From Trichoplax sp. H2 (Eukaryota), in NCBI GenBank assembly GCA_003344405.1, contig NOWV01000083.1, positions 134,250 to 170,118 on the forward strand: a stretch of DNA of 35,869 nt, given 5' to 3'. Positions 11,001 through 22,848 of this stretch are shown here, piece after piece (the stretch's first letter is position 1; each line of letters begins with the position of its first letter). The position numbers and the translations under genes are program-made. Below the pieces are notes generated by a model. The model searched no databases. It saw nothing but the letters and a program-made list of their open reading frames with translations, and was not told where the DNA came from.

Positions 11001-13879
11001 ACTTATGGGTAAGAAAGTCTTCGGTAGTTATTATCATGAAGACGTAGCAAAAGAATAATAATAGATTACGTTGTTCTTTAATATAGATACAGCAGATTTA
11101 ATCCAACCAACCCTTGATCAATTGCAGCCGTCTGTTGCAGATTTATTGGCTACGATGGAAGATAACGGTGAGAGCATTATTTCGATATTAAAAAATGCAT
11201 GCTTTAACAATTGACTATTTAATGCGAATTGCAGTTAGCTAAATTTCTTTCCATGTAACCATGTCTTTACGACAAAAACAGATAACTACTTCTTAAAAAA
11301 ATTGGACGAAACTCCTCCGTTTTCCTTTACCGCTCAGCCTCAAGGTTTAGCAGCTACTCAAAATCTGACACAATCCCAAAAAAATAAAGCACCAATTTCA
11401 TATCATCCAATTGACGAGGAGCATTACAAGCATGTAGTGCCAGCAAATGTTGAAATTAATCAAAATGTTACAAACCATGGTCATCAAGAATTAGGGCTTA
11501 TGAATGTTAGTAACTATAACTGCTCTGCCATCGACGCTAATGCTACTGGATCATCCAACTCTATCCAGAATGTACCGCGTGCTGATAATGTTCATTTAGC
11601 TATGCATCAGAACCGCTTTAACCAGCAATCCTATCAATTACATAACATAAGTATGGAATCTACAACTACTTTTATTAAAACATCTAACAATCAGCTATCG
11701 GAATTAGAGAATCAGATACCCCAGGATTCCTTTCATGTATACCCAAACGTCGACAACAGGCAACGTCATCCAAACCTAGGAGCCGGAACTACCAATCATA
11801 ATAATCATCCACCTAAATTAAACAATATTTCAGAAATTCAAACGAGATTTAGACCTAGAGCTCCAGATCAATCTTCGAAATCTCCATCAACTCCTGCCCA
11901 TATTTTGTACAATCCTGTAAATAATCAGCAAGCAATGGTTTCTGAAGGCGCTGTTCCAGAATCTCCTGGCCGCGGATTTAGTAAAGAAAATCAGCCTATT
12001 CCCAGTCAATCAAGTTATACCTTTTGGAATGAACAAACTCAAGATTCTAGTGATAAATTTTTATCGCAACGGCCAGCCGCCGCCAGTCAGGAAAGAATTG
12101 CCGCCAACACCGCTACTGATAATTCTTTCCTAGCTCGATTGCTTACGAATTCAAATTTTACTCAAGAATCGAGACAATATCAACGTCATTCAATCGAGAG
12201 ACACTACGTAGCTAAGCCAGTACCAATTGCGCCTGCTCAAAATAAGGTACAGATGAACAATTCGCCTTCGTTGGGAAATTTACAGTATGACTGGAATCAG
12301 ACGCGAGAATCATCGAAAACCTTAGATAATGTAACTATATCTACTGAATGCTTTGCCATTTTTGGTTGTATTACACCCATAAGGCTTCATCACTTACTAA
12401 TTTACGATTTGCTCAATATTAAGAATGAATCTACGTCTTTGCCGGTTAGCCCTACTCATACTGGCTCCATAGCACACGGTAAGTAAGCAACGCTATAAAC
12501 TTAACTGTTCACCATCTTGCACCCATGTAATCTTTTATTATTGTCCCTTAGTTGTGGAGCCGACTGGATTCGCTAAGATTGAATCGCATAGTGGCTATAT
12601 GAATAGTATTCAGATGACCAGCAAAGCTAATATGAATACATCGTCGGAAAGCCAGACTAAGCCGTCAGTTACTAATGAGGTTGTTTAATTAAACCTTGAG
12701 TTTATAATAGCGAAAATGACAAGCTGCAGGATAAGAGTGTTGTTTTTAGACTATATGGGTAAAATCTTAGATAGTTATAAACATTTCTCATTTAGGAATA
12801 TCGAAGGAGATCGCATCAGTCTTCCGAGCAGAAACGCCGTGGCAATATTAAGGTTTTCGGCCTTTTTTATGATGAAATCACTAGCACAATATAAATCTCG
12901 ATGACGTAACTAATGATTACTATTAATTTATTAGCTAAGATTTGAGAAACTGCAGTCTCTAGTACCATCGTTAACTTCAGTGCACAATGCAAGAAACAGT
13001 AAAGCAACTATTCTTCAAAAATGTCAGTAAGATTAATTTATGAGTATTCTTAGATGAAATATGGCTAAGTAATGGTAACTCTAGTTTTTTTCTATTTTCT
13101 GTCACCTAAATTAGCAATTGATTATTGTAAAACCTTAACCCAAGAAAAACAAGCGATGCAAGCTGAAATTCAGAGACTTAAAAGTAGAATTTTAGAGTTA
13201 AATGAGGGTATTAAGTACGTAAAATTCTATGTTGTGATAACGTAATGTTTTAACGGAGATACTATTACTCATACCAATTTATATACGTTGCATGTATAGT
13301 AAATGTCATCAACAATTACCTGTGACTGGTGCTACTGTTACCCAGCAGCGAGCTGATCAATTACGGCAAAAATTTGACGAATACGTTAAAAAGAGGACTT
13401 TAAGCAATTATAAATTCTGGATTGTATCCTTTTCGCTTAGGATTATACATCTTTCGAGTGGCAATCCCTCAGAATTTACTTTCTTCTGTTTGTTTATATA
13501 TTTTATGTTTACTCTCAAATGTAATCTGTGATTCTTTAACGATATAAAACTGCTACAGTTTAGCATCATTATTAGGCCGTTGTTCGAGTCATATAGCAAC
13601 ACTGCTGTAACATCAAGCTATGATGAATTCTACCGAACAATGCAAGCATGGATGGATCAGCACTGCACTCTTGTTCAATTGAGACCAGGTATGATTGCAT
13701 GACCAGGTAATTGCTATCTGTTTAACATAAAGATTAATGCAAGAACTAATCTGTTTCCTTTCATTTCAGTTGTCATGGCCGCGCTTTGTCAGCTAAGTAC
13801 CGATACGGATATACTATCGAATCCATCATTAGTTCCTGTTCAGGCTGTAGAAGCTGCAAAAAAATTATTAGTTGAAAAT
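8093..13879 (+). CDS. Mondo-family bHLH-leucine-zipper transcription factor (MondoA/ChREBP/MLXIP homolog), complete gene, 16 coding exons
   Basis: Exons, GT-AG and phase-consistent: 8093-8287 (alternative in-frame ATG at 8051), 9226-9340, 9884-9929 (least certain), 10227-10320, 10563-10627, 10747-10787, 10931-11007, 11088-11167, 11345 or 11351-12478, 12552-12678, 12796-12851, 12935-13022, 13115-13214, 13290-13423, 13569-13688, 13770-13879 (TAA). The conserved blocks match the Mondo conserved regions. MCR I-like: SLAQLLDCLRLEY. MCR II: RWKNFKSQNLKWEQKRRLNNIIWRAWHMQ (cf. KWKNFKG...RLNNAIWRAWYIQ). MCR III: AIVVEGEHWRRRLDAIASEYKRWRCYF. MCR IV: FMLPDTLFSSL. MCR V: ADLIQPTLDQLQPSVADLL. Exon 9 is a long Q/N/S/P-rich central exon, the 394-aa ORF in the track. 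The basic region is SHQSSEQKRRGNIK, followed by the HLH (LRFEKLQSLVPSL...ATILQK), the zipper (IDYCKTLTQEKQAMQAEIQRLKSRILELNEGI) and a DCD/WMC-like C-terminus (KCHQQLPVTGATVTQQRADQLRQKFDEYVKKRTLSNYKFWIFSIIIRPLFESY...MQAWMDQHCTLVQLRP...ILSNPSLVPVQAVEAAKKLL). Confidence 0.9.
8390..8800. repeat. (GTACA)n/(TGTAC)n-related repeats scattered in Mondo intron 1
   Basis: Short copies at 8390-8446 and 8505-8520. A long block at 8685-8800: aactgtacagtacagtacagtgtacactgcacagtatagctg...gctgtaccgtattgtacagtacagtg. Confidence 0.8.
9064..9094. repeat. Perfect 14+14 hairpin palindrome in Mondo intron 1
   Basis: aatgtagactgtaca atg tacagtctacatt. Confidence 0.85.
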
Positions 13880-16800
13880 TAATCACAAAGTAAATTTAAA
13901 TTTAATTTGGGATTAATTTTTACGAGTAACTTGTATTCATATAGCTTTGCCACAACAGTCTAGACTATAATCTGGATGATTCAAACCGGTGTTCTAATTA
14001 ATTTAATATTATATATTCATGTAAATATCAATAACATCAATTGTGTGTTGCAGCTTTTAATTTTTTTAATTCTATCTCTTTTGTGTTAATTATTAAGATA
14101 CAAAAATTGATTTAATATAACTAGTGTACCAAATGGACAACAAGTAAAAGATTGTATATATAAAAATATATGTACTGTATATGTACTAGATAACTGGTAC
14201 ATATAAACGTTATAGTCAGTTACTTGCCGCTTAAAGTGGTTATTCGTATTTTTAATAACTAGAGTTAGTCGGTCAAGTCGCTATGCATGATAATATTCAC
14301 AAAGCGTTTACAATGAAATCGATAGTCGATATTTAAAAGTAACTTTCGAATTCAGTATGCATACGGTATTACACAATTGATATGCACGCATCCTCACCCT
14401 ACTATAGCATCGTGGCTGTATACGCGTATATATACGTATGCTGTATTTATGTTACAAGATTTACAATAAATTCTTTCTTTTATCGTTCGGCAAACGGTTG
14501 GGTCGCAATACTATATATAAAACATGCTTAACGTAGACAATAATTTAATATTATAATAGTACTGTGTGCATACTAATGTAAAGTTAACAATGTAGGATCG
14601 TACAATTGTATCTTCAGATTTCGAAATATAATTGAATACGTATAAGAGGAGGTATTTACTGTAGGCTTCAGCTAGAATGCCATGAAATCTGTCAAAGTTT
14701 TTTAGAACTTAAGGTTTTACATAATCTAATTGATTTTCAGTTATAACTTGCGGTTAATATATCGTTACTCTAGAACCTACTATAAATTTATATAATACCG
14801 TGATCATTCGTTTTTCTTTACACTTCACGAAAGCTTCATAAATTGTAATGCTTACCGCATCTATTAGAGAATTGTATCCGAGTTGTTTATTATAAACTCC
14901 GAAATTCTGTTATCTAAAATCCATCCGCTGCATGTTTGCATAGATACAATATGAAATTTATACTTGTAGTAGGCCAACGCGGTAAGGAAATAATTTTAGT
15001 ACAATTCTACATTTCCTTTCTTAATGTACGTATACTGTACATCAGAGTACTTTGCTACTAACATCACCAAATTGAAGTAAATTGCATAACTTAGACAACA
15101 TCGAAAGTAGCCTTTCTTAGGGCTTTGCTTCTAGATGGCTTCTCATCTTTTTTTTGGCGAAAGGAATTACCTGATATACACAATCATCTGAACAAGACTG
15201 ATTCTAGATGTAAGAATCTTGTGACATTATATGTAAAGTACAGTAGAATGAGTTGATAAGTGCGCAATACAAAGTACTGCACTCGGTAATTGCTGCATTA
15301 AGATGATATATGTTTGGGCCATCCCTTAAGATCTATCTAGATCTCTCCGATATTTATGCAAGATTGCAATAGAGACTATCCTAATTCTGAATTTCTTCCG
15401 CATCGTATTCGACAGTGATCGCATCTAATTCTCAATCTAGCGTACGACCACGCATGCTACATATCTATCCAATCTACGGAAGCTGATATCTTATTTGAAC
15501 ACGGTCTCGAATAGTTTAATAATCACATACAATTATATATATTATTAATGTATAAATTGATTTGAATGCACAATGGGGATGAGATAAATCTATTAGTGGT
15601 ATTTTGTAATTGTTAGAAATAATAATTTAATTAGAGCAAGATAATTTAACTGCTTGCCCGATTGTTGGGGCGATCAGCACAATGCGTATATAGAACTGAT
15701 TGCTTTTGTTGATATATTGTGGTAGTTGCCGAATCGGTTATAAAGAAGGTTCATCCGTAAATCAGTGATTTATCTAGCTTATGTTACTAAGTCAGCCAGT
15801 ACCTAATAATTTAATGAAATTCTTTGTTTTGTAAGAAAAGTGTAATAACTTTGTCAGTACACATTTGATAAAGATTTACTTCGAATATTTAGAAGCAAGC
15901 ACCATGATATTTAGGATAGTTTAATCATTGAAGAAATTTTATAATCGGAATCTATCGTTGCCCGCTAAATAATTAGGCGTCTGGATATATAAATTGATTG
16001 TTAAAATAGATGAAAAGGGTCTAAGGCCTGTCCCTTTAGTAGCCTTTAGCACTAAGCGTCAATGCTTGCATTGTACATTGTACAATAACTTTCAGCAGTT
16101 TTGTTGCTCACTGTCAATTGATTAAAACTATTAAAATGATACTGTTTTTAGTACAATAAAATTAACCTCATGTTATTAGATGCTAAAGTTGAACTGTCAT
16201 ATCGGTACTCAATATAAAAACTCAATCCATAAATTAATAAACTTACAATTAAGGTAATAGATATTGATACAGTGTAGTACATAATATAAAATTAAAGTAC
16301 AGTACTGTAAGGGTATATCAGCTGCAGTTATCCCATGCAGCATGTATAAAATGCACAAATAAGTACGAAATCTTCAGTAAGGATATTGCTGATAGAGTCA
16401 ACTTCTTTTAATAAGGTTAGCTGGCATATTTAACGTAAGTTCGCCAAAAAATATGCTGAGTATACTATATATAGACAGATAGATATGCGTATCGATACAC
16501 TAATACTGTACAAATCATTCACATCCACATCTTAAATAACAATCATAATCAACCACACATTAAAAACCAGAGCCCGAACTAGCAGTCGTAATTGCATAAA
16601 GGATCAGACTACTTGTTATATTCGGTTGTTTACGAAATTTTAAGTCGTAAGTATAGCATTCGCATGTATTTGTAGTCTTTTATGAATAGCTATTTATACT
16701 TATATCTCGCGATCGATACGTAATATTCGCGTCTTGTAATTCTTCCAAAACATGTTGAGGCAATCGTCCTGTGACAGATATTGCGTAACATCCTCTCGTG

Positions 16801-17063
16801 AAAGAATCTACGAATTAATATAGCATTTAAGAACCATTTTGCGCAAAAGCAAAACCGCGTATGTTGTTAGAGACTTCAATACGTTATAATCTATACTGTA
16901 CGGTATATACTGTACCCAAAAACTGTATTAGATCTAGTTTAAACCACTAATAAACGCAAAATTGAATTTTTGACATAGAGCTAACATATTCTCATGGTAT
17001 AATAGTTACACAAACGAATTGCTCTTATAGATACTATCTAAAGATCAACAAGTCATTACTAAC

Positions 17064-18546
17064 CTATTCCTTGCCACCTTGCTACCCAGCTATTTTTTGG
17101 ATCAGTCAGTGAAATCATTCTACGAAAAAGGACAAAGTAAGAATATTTATGTGTATGGGCAACAGTAGCATCTACCTCATAATCCTTTTACTGAATAATC
17201 TATGATTAATTATACACAATTAATTAAAGCCTTAATCAACATAGGGCAATAACAATAAATTTACTATTGAATTCGTATATCGAATATTGATATTCTAATA
17301 TTTTCATGGCTTGTTTCATAGCAAAAAAAAGCGTATTATACTTGCAATACTACGTAGCTACTCATCTACAAGATGAGAGCATTAACGTCTTCTACTGCAT
17401 ACTGTACTGCAGATAACAATTTGCAACGGTTCCGCACAAACTCTAATCCTAGTATAGTTACAGTAAGCTACAAGGGTAGTAAATATCTCTTAGTACGCAA
17501 TACTAAGTTTTTGAGATGAAACATCCAAAAATTTAGCAAGCTTATGTAAATAAGCTTTGTACGGCTGAACATTGATAAAACATTTCCATTGATCACGACG
17601 TTAAGAGCCACTTAAAGGATCAAAAAGTAAACATTTATGATAAATATAGAGGTAAAGAAGCGAATTAATGACATTTCCCATCGTATGTACCTTGTCTAGT
17701 ACCAGAATAAAGAAGACGTGCAAATTATGATCGTAATCGCATTAACTGCTATCACATTGCTTAATCTTTCTAGCGTCGTCTTGCAAGACTATAGCACGCT
17801 TGATAAGTGTTTTACTCTAGACGACAGCACTTACTCAGGCATAACACCAACCAACACTGTACATACGCCTATACAGTTTTATCCGTTTACTTTAATTATG
17901 CTGTTCATACGTACACGTATATGATCTTAACAAAAAAATCTTACTGACTTACCCACTAAAGTTTGGACTTGTGCATTCGTAAACACTCTGTCTATCCCCT
18001 TTGAGATGCAGGTACTTATCACAGTTTTCACATCCATCCAACTCAAATTGATCTATGGTCTGATAATTTTACGTATTCATTATAATACAACAAAAAGTTA
18101 AAATAGGCGAAAAGTAATAAAGCTACATGAAAAGAAGTACAGTGTTAGTCCAAGATATGCGTACGTATTGCAAAAGATATTAAGGTAGAAATCTAGGTAT
18201 GAAGTAATAGAACTTGATAATCCTATAGTGCGCGTATTACAAAATTGAGCTGATATTATCATTTTAAATCACAGTATGCTGTTATTGTAAGTCTATTTAT
18301 ATATATATATATACTGTAGTAGTGATGGATCTATCAACAAATTTAAATAATTTCAATACTTGAAATGCTGCTCTTAGTCTCTCACTAACATACGAATACA
18401 TCCATGGCCAACTAGAAAGTCAGGATGAAAGAAGCACGTACAGTATTATTGTACACTTGCCTTCACGAGAGAGCAAACCAAACAAGCCCTTAGATTACGA
18501 ACTTCTCTAGGAACACCATCCATTTGTTCTCGAGCATCTTTTAGTT
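17064..18546 (-). CDS. SPT4: Transcription elongation factor SPT4 (DSIF small subunit) homolog; 5' three exons resolved, 3' terminal exon not resolved
   Basis: Read on the minus strand. Exon 1, 18546-18461: [32 protein letters not shown] (cf. LRACLLCSLVK, the first zinc-ribbon Cys pair). Exon 2, 18059-17952: [36 protein letters not shown] (cf. [39 protein letters not shown]). Exon 3, 17119-17064: (G)[18 protein letters not shown] (cf. IIAMMSPEDSWVSKWQRV). The exon-1 donor is gtgaag|GCAAGT, a GC-AG intron. The C-terminal ~35 codons downstream of 17064 could not be placed unambiguously. Confidence 0.75.
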
Positions 18547-18965
18547 GTTCGTCCATTGATAGGCGTAAAACTTTGAAAAATTTTGGCTAATAAAATTTGA
18601 AAGGTACAGCAGCAGATAAAAAGAAGCTCGGTTTAGTAGCAGCAATATCTGTAAAGTGAGTTAAATCAAATCTTTATAGTAGGGTCTCTACTGTACAGTA
18701 CAGTACACCGTACAATACAGTACAGGACTTTAATATAGTAAATGGTGACACTGTACAGTACTGTACTGTACAGTACTGTATACGGGTACAGTACGTACCG
18801 TACAGTACAGTACGGGTACTGTACTGTATGTCCAGTACAGTACTATACACTGTACACGGTATGCTCAGTACTGTAGGACACTGAAGACAGTAGCACAGCG
18901 GCAGCAGTGCTACTGCCATCACAACTTGCAAGCACAAAAGGAGATTAGAAGACGAAATTACAAAA
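18547..18965. promoter_or_regulatory. Putative bidirectional promoter shared by SPT4 (minus) and the L10K-like gene (plus); almost wholly occupied by a GTACA/TGTAC palindromic microsatellite
   Basis: The two start codons, 18546 on the minus strand and 18966 on the plus strand, lie about 420 bp apart and point away from each other. The 18690-18890 interval between them is almost pure (GTACA)n/(TGTAC)n. Confidence 0.5.
18690..18890. repeat. (GTACA)n/(TGTAC)n palindromic microsatellite, cluster 5, filling the SPT4/L10K divergent promoter
   Basis: ctactgtacagtacagtacaccgtacaatacagtacagg...cactgtacagtactgtactgtacagtactgtatacgggtacagtacgtaccgtacagtacagtacgggtactgtactgtatgtccagtacagtactatacactgtacacgg. 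Confidence 0.9.
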
Positions 18966-19919
18966 ATGCCACAAGGTCCTGTTAGGAAATTATCCAAAGC
19001 GAATAATAGTAAAAAAGTCAAAAGATTAACTAAAACATCGATAAAAAGTGAGTTCTATCTAATCACAATTTGACGCTCTACTGCTTTCATTTTTTGACAG
19101 TGCTGTATAGTAAATGCAAGGAGTAGTTTTACTATGGACTGAGGCGTATACCTGTATCTTTATGCCTATTTCACTCCGTATTTATTGATCATGGCTGTTT
19201 TTAGGGAATGCAAAGCAGCCTAGGAAGGGTACGAAAGTAACTGGTGCTGACAAATTAAGGAAGGTATATGAATTGAAAAATTGGGAGATAATATTCCTGA
19301 ATGAAGCTAGAAATCAATTAATTCTTAAAATTTCTGCATGATCAGTAAAGCTCGTATCCTTAATATGATACACGTCCTACATTATTGGATGCTTATTCAA
19401 CAAATGTACATTACTGCAACAAGCTAATAATATAGTTATTGGGATGACTTGATAAGATTATTCCAATACTGCAAACTTGCCAATAATATGGCATAAAACT
19501 TGATACACTGCAACTGGATGCAGTTGTAATGTAGGAATACGCGTATTTTATAGTAGTAACAACTGTAAGTGAGAACAGGTGATGCAGAATTTCTATACTG
19601 AAATTCTCTACTCAGTCCATTACAGTATATCAATTTATGTAAGAGATCAAATAAATTTAGTGTAATATATCGGATCCGAATACCAATTTACAAATACAGT
19701 ACTTATTCACTTATTCATTAAAATCAACTTACGTGTATCCTTCTAACTGCGTATGATCTTGCATTTCCATCAACACAGACTTTGCAGAAAAACATTAACA
19801 AAAGTATAGAGGAAGACGTTAGACAACGAGCTTCAAAGTATGAAGTCAAACCTTTCTATATCATCCGTAACGATACCACCACGAAGGAAACATTAAAAAA
19901 GAAACCCGAAAGTAAATGA
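18966..19919 (+). CDS. Small lysine-rich protein, probable Leydig-cell-tumor 10 kDa protein / UPF0390 (C19orf53) family homolog
   Basis: Three phase-consistent exons: 18966-19047, 19204-19263, 19779-19919 (TGA). Translation: MPQGPVRKLSKANNSKKVKRLTKTSIK / RNAKQPRKGTKVTGADKLRK / TLQKNINKSIEEDVRQRASKYEVKPFYIIRNDTTTKETLKKKPESK. The N-terminus (M-x-QG), the central PRKG block and the KL.K.L...I.K.IE.DV block parallel human L10K (MAQGQRKFQ...GPRKGGRVIAPKK...QKLKKNLEVGIRKKIEHDV). Family membership is from memory only. Confidence 0.65.
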
Positions 19920-20729
19920 ATTGATCCTCCGAAAGAATATTGGGCAAAAATTTTTACTCAATATAGTACTAGATATTGCTTGCAATATTTAGTCTACTTG
20001 TACGCATTCAAACTAGCTTAAGCCTATCTTGGTATCCAATCGACGTACACCATACAGCACAAGCATCATCAGTGCAAGATGCTGAATTATGAAATACTTC
20101 GACATACGTGTGTGCTTATTTGAGGTATATTCTTTTAAAAGCCATAATGATTGCATTATGATGGTACCTGAATTTGTAAATTTCCGTGAGCTGTCTTAAT
20201 AGGATGTTATGTTTACAATTTTGTAACAAAGCTAATATAATAAAATCTTTAGTCTTTAAACTGCAAGCCACATTGCCATGTCAGCAATGCACATAGTGTA
20301 CAGTATGTTCGTATGAGAACATCAATGACTTTTCTCGCGGATCACACGTACACATATATGTAAACGATGTATGGTAGTGATAATATTTGAGTCAGTAGAT
20401 CTATCCATTAGTATAGCTAACTAACTTCCACATTGATTATAAGTTCAAAAATGCCCTATACTGTATTGTATTGTTAAAATAATGACAACATTAATGTTGA
20501 TTCCATTCTAGGCCGTAAATTATACTTTACAAGTTAAATTGCACAATATCTATGATATTTTATAGCATTTCTAACATTATAAGACGAGCGAATGATAAAC
20601 CTGGATCTAAATTGAAATACTCGTACAGTATACAGTATTATTCATCACCAAAACGTTACGGAGAAAATATGACAGACAGTGTGTGAACTAGTGTAACTAA
20701 TGTAACTGAATCTGAATGATCACAAAGGA

Positions 20730-20945
20730 GTTTAACAGTTTCAGTTCTTAATCAGAACAGTACAAGCTTATTGCTTATAGTGCTTATGAGCTAACAGTTA
20801 GTTTCACTAGTTAATTGAAACTGCACAAGCTTTATTGCTCACAGTATTTGTGAGTAATACGCATGAGTTTAGCCATCCAGTTAGTTTCAGTTATTAATCT
20901 GAATAGTACAAGTTATTGCTTACATTATTTGTGAGCTATACACTT
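20730..20945. repeat. Minisatellite: three diverged tandem copies of a ~60-80 bp unit
   Basis: Units begin agtttcagttcttaatcagaacagtacaagcttattgcttatagtgcttatgagcta / agtttcactagttaattgaaactgcacaagctttattgctcacagtatttgtgagta / agtttcagttattaatctgaatagtacaagttattgcttacattatttgtgagcta. Identity between copies is about 75-80%. Confidence 0.8.
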
Positions 20946-21234
20946 GTTTTACAGAATAAAAAAACTTTTACGTTAATTCAAATAGTTGAACTACCAAACT
21001 AATTATTCCTCCATTACTCAGTAAGGAAAATCAGGACACAGTCAAGAATATAGTAACGGCTACTAGGGCCAAGATTAAATTTGTAACCAGTATAAACTTA
21101 GCTATCGAATGTTATGTGGTTTGTGTTGTATTTACTGCTACTAGTCAACTTTAGTAAATTGCTAGTGAACGAGTCAATATGTACTGTAATTACGGTATTA
21201 AGTTAATATCATTGTTTTGAGCCCTGCAGCTACT

Positions 21235-21335
21235 GTACTGTATGCAGTTTATCTGCACTAATTCCTAGACGTTACAGGTCTGTCATACATACAGCTGTAG
21301 CAATGATGACTATACTGTACAGTACAGTACCGCTC
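21235..21335. repeat. (GTACA)n/(TGTAC)n palindromic microsatellite, small cluster
   Basis: ctactgtactgtatgcag ... ctatactgtacagtacagtaccgc. Confidence 0.75.
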
Positions 21336-22806
21336 TGGCAGTCTCCAAAGTCCAAATACCATACCGACAATATATTTTTAAAAGTAGTGAAAAATAAGTT
21401 ATTGATAAATATTAAACGAAACTTCCGTCGCTGATTATATTCAGACCAGATATGTAACCTAAGATTAATAATTTATTGCATAACCACAAAATTAATATCA
21501 TCACTGGTAGATAATCTGGTATGTTAATTTTGTTAATAATATTAATTTGATTGAAATTGACAATGGTTAAATAACAACCAGCCTAACTAGGAACTTAGTT
21601 TAAAATAGAGACCTTGGATTAGTTTTTATTTTAACTAATCATCACTTCAACAGCTACAATATGTAAAAATAGATTTTTGAGAGAGATTCAATTTTACTTT
21701 AAAACGTGTAGGATCGCAAATTGCCAACACTCGTCGATGCTGCATTGATGCATTAAAAAATATGTCCATAGAACAATGGATTTTCATTGTTTATCTTTAA
21801 GACCGGAAATTAACACGACAGAAAGTAAAATTACAAAGATAATTGAGATATATCACAAAATTTTACAATCAAACCTCTTACAAAAACCTTTAAAAAATAA
21901 GAAAATGTTTAAAGTTCTCGAATCTTTGAACATGTGCAAACTTATACTTCTTATAGCTGATAATCTTTGCTCTTGAGATAGTTGATAAATTAATTGGTAA
22001 CCTATAAAATATTATATTAACTTCGAAATCATCAATAGAGTCAAATACGCAGGTACTGTCAACTTAATCTAAAATCTCAGTCATTATTTAATTATATACT
22101 AACACTGAATATACTCTATTTCTGTTGTGCTACGAATTCTGACTTCTTTATGGTATCGCGATTGGCATATCATAATATGCCCTAGCCATAGCTCACTAAA
22201 ACTTTATACTCCAATATTATTAAACTGGTAAGCGAAGAGATACAACTGCTTTAGAGCCAGAAATTTAATCAATCTCCTAGATTCTGCACTGTATGTGATT
22301 AATCTTCAACAGTCAGTTAAAATATGGGTTGTTATAATTATTATTCCTAAAATATTTTCATTCTTTATTAACAAAACTGATTACAGCTTGGCTGTAAATC
22401 ATCAGTTATTATAATTATAATCATAGGCCTGTTGCGATATCTGATCAGTACAGTACTCTAGACAGACATTTTAATAATATTGTGCTGTTGGTGTTGGTAC
22501 TGTACTTGTTTAGGCGGGGTAACAACAATTCCGACACATTGAAATGTTGCAGTGAGCTCAGACAGACAATGAGCAAATGTAAATAAATATAATAAGCGAC
22601 AGTCAAATAATGTAAAGCAAAAGGTACAGTATAAATAAACAGCAGTACGCGAAGTATACAAAATACTTGCTTTTTGAAACATACTAGCTAAACATCCTGT
22701 CGCTTCGCCGACAGAGATATAGGCAGCTAAATGATTATAATGCAAAATTGCAGTACCACGCAAAGTTCAAAGAAACATTTTATTACTGCTGAAATACAAA
22801 TGCGAG

Positions 22807-22848
22807 ACTGTACTATACAGTATACAGTACTCACAGTATATATTCTAA
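22807..22848. repeat. (GTACA)n/(TGTAC)n palindromic microsatellite, small cluster
   Basis: actgtactatacagtatacagtactcacagtatat. Confidence 0.7.

Noticed and set aside
11302-12486. Treating the 394-aa ORF and the 464-aa ORF (27056-28450) as stand-alone single-exon genes
   Set aside because: Both are internal low-complexity exons, with upstream acceptors at 11345/11351 and 26916, of multi-exon genes. The listed 'M' at 11302 is actually a TTG codon.
12845-12900. U2 snRNA-like start (ggttttcggccttttttatgatg)
   Set aside because: Only an 11-nt resemblance to the U2 5' end (CTCGGCCTTTTGGC). No branch-point recognition sequence or Sm site follows, and it lies inside a Mondo intron.
16980-17058. 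SPT4 terminal exon candidates (acceptors giving EQFVCVTIIP* or DSIYKSNSFV*)
   Set aside because: Neither translation convincingly matches the conserved SPT4 C-terminus (RVSNFKPGVYAVSVTG). It is left unresolved rather than forced.
21776-22763. ORFs 21776-21976 (plus) and 22458-22763 (minus) in the intergenic region before the Tudor-PHD gene
   Set aside because: Low-complexity AT-rich translations with no recognisable motifs and no flanking splice-site logic. Probably chance ORFs.
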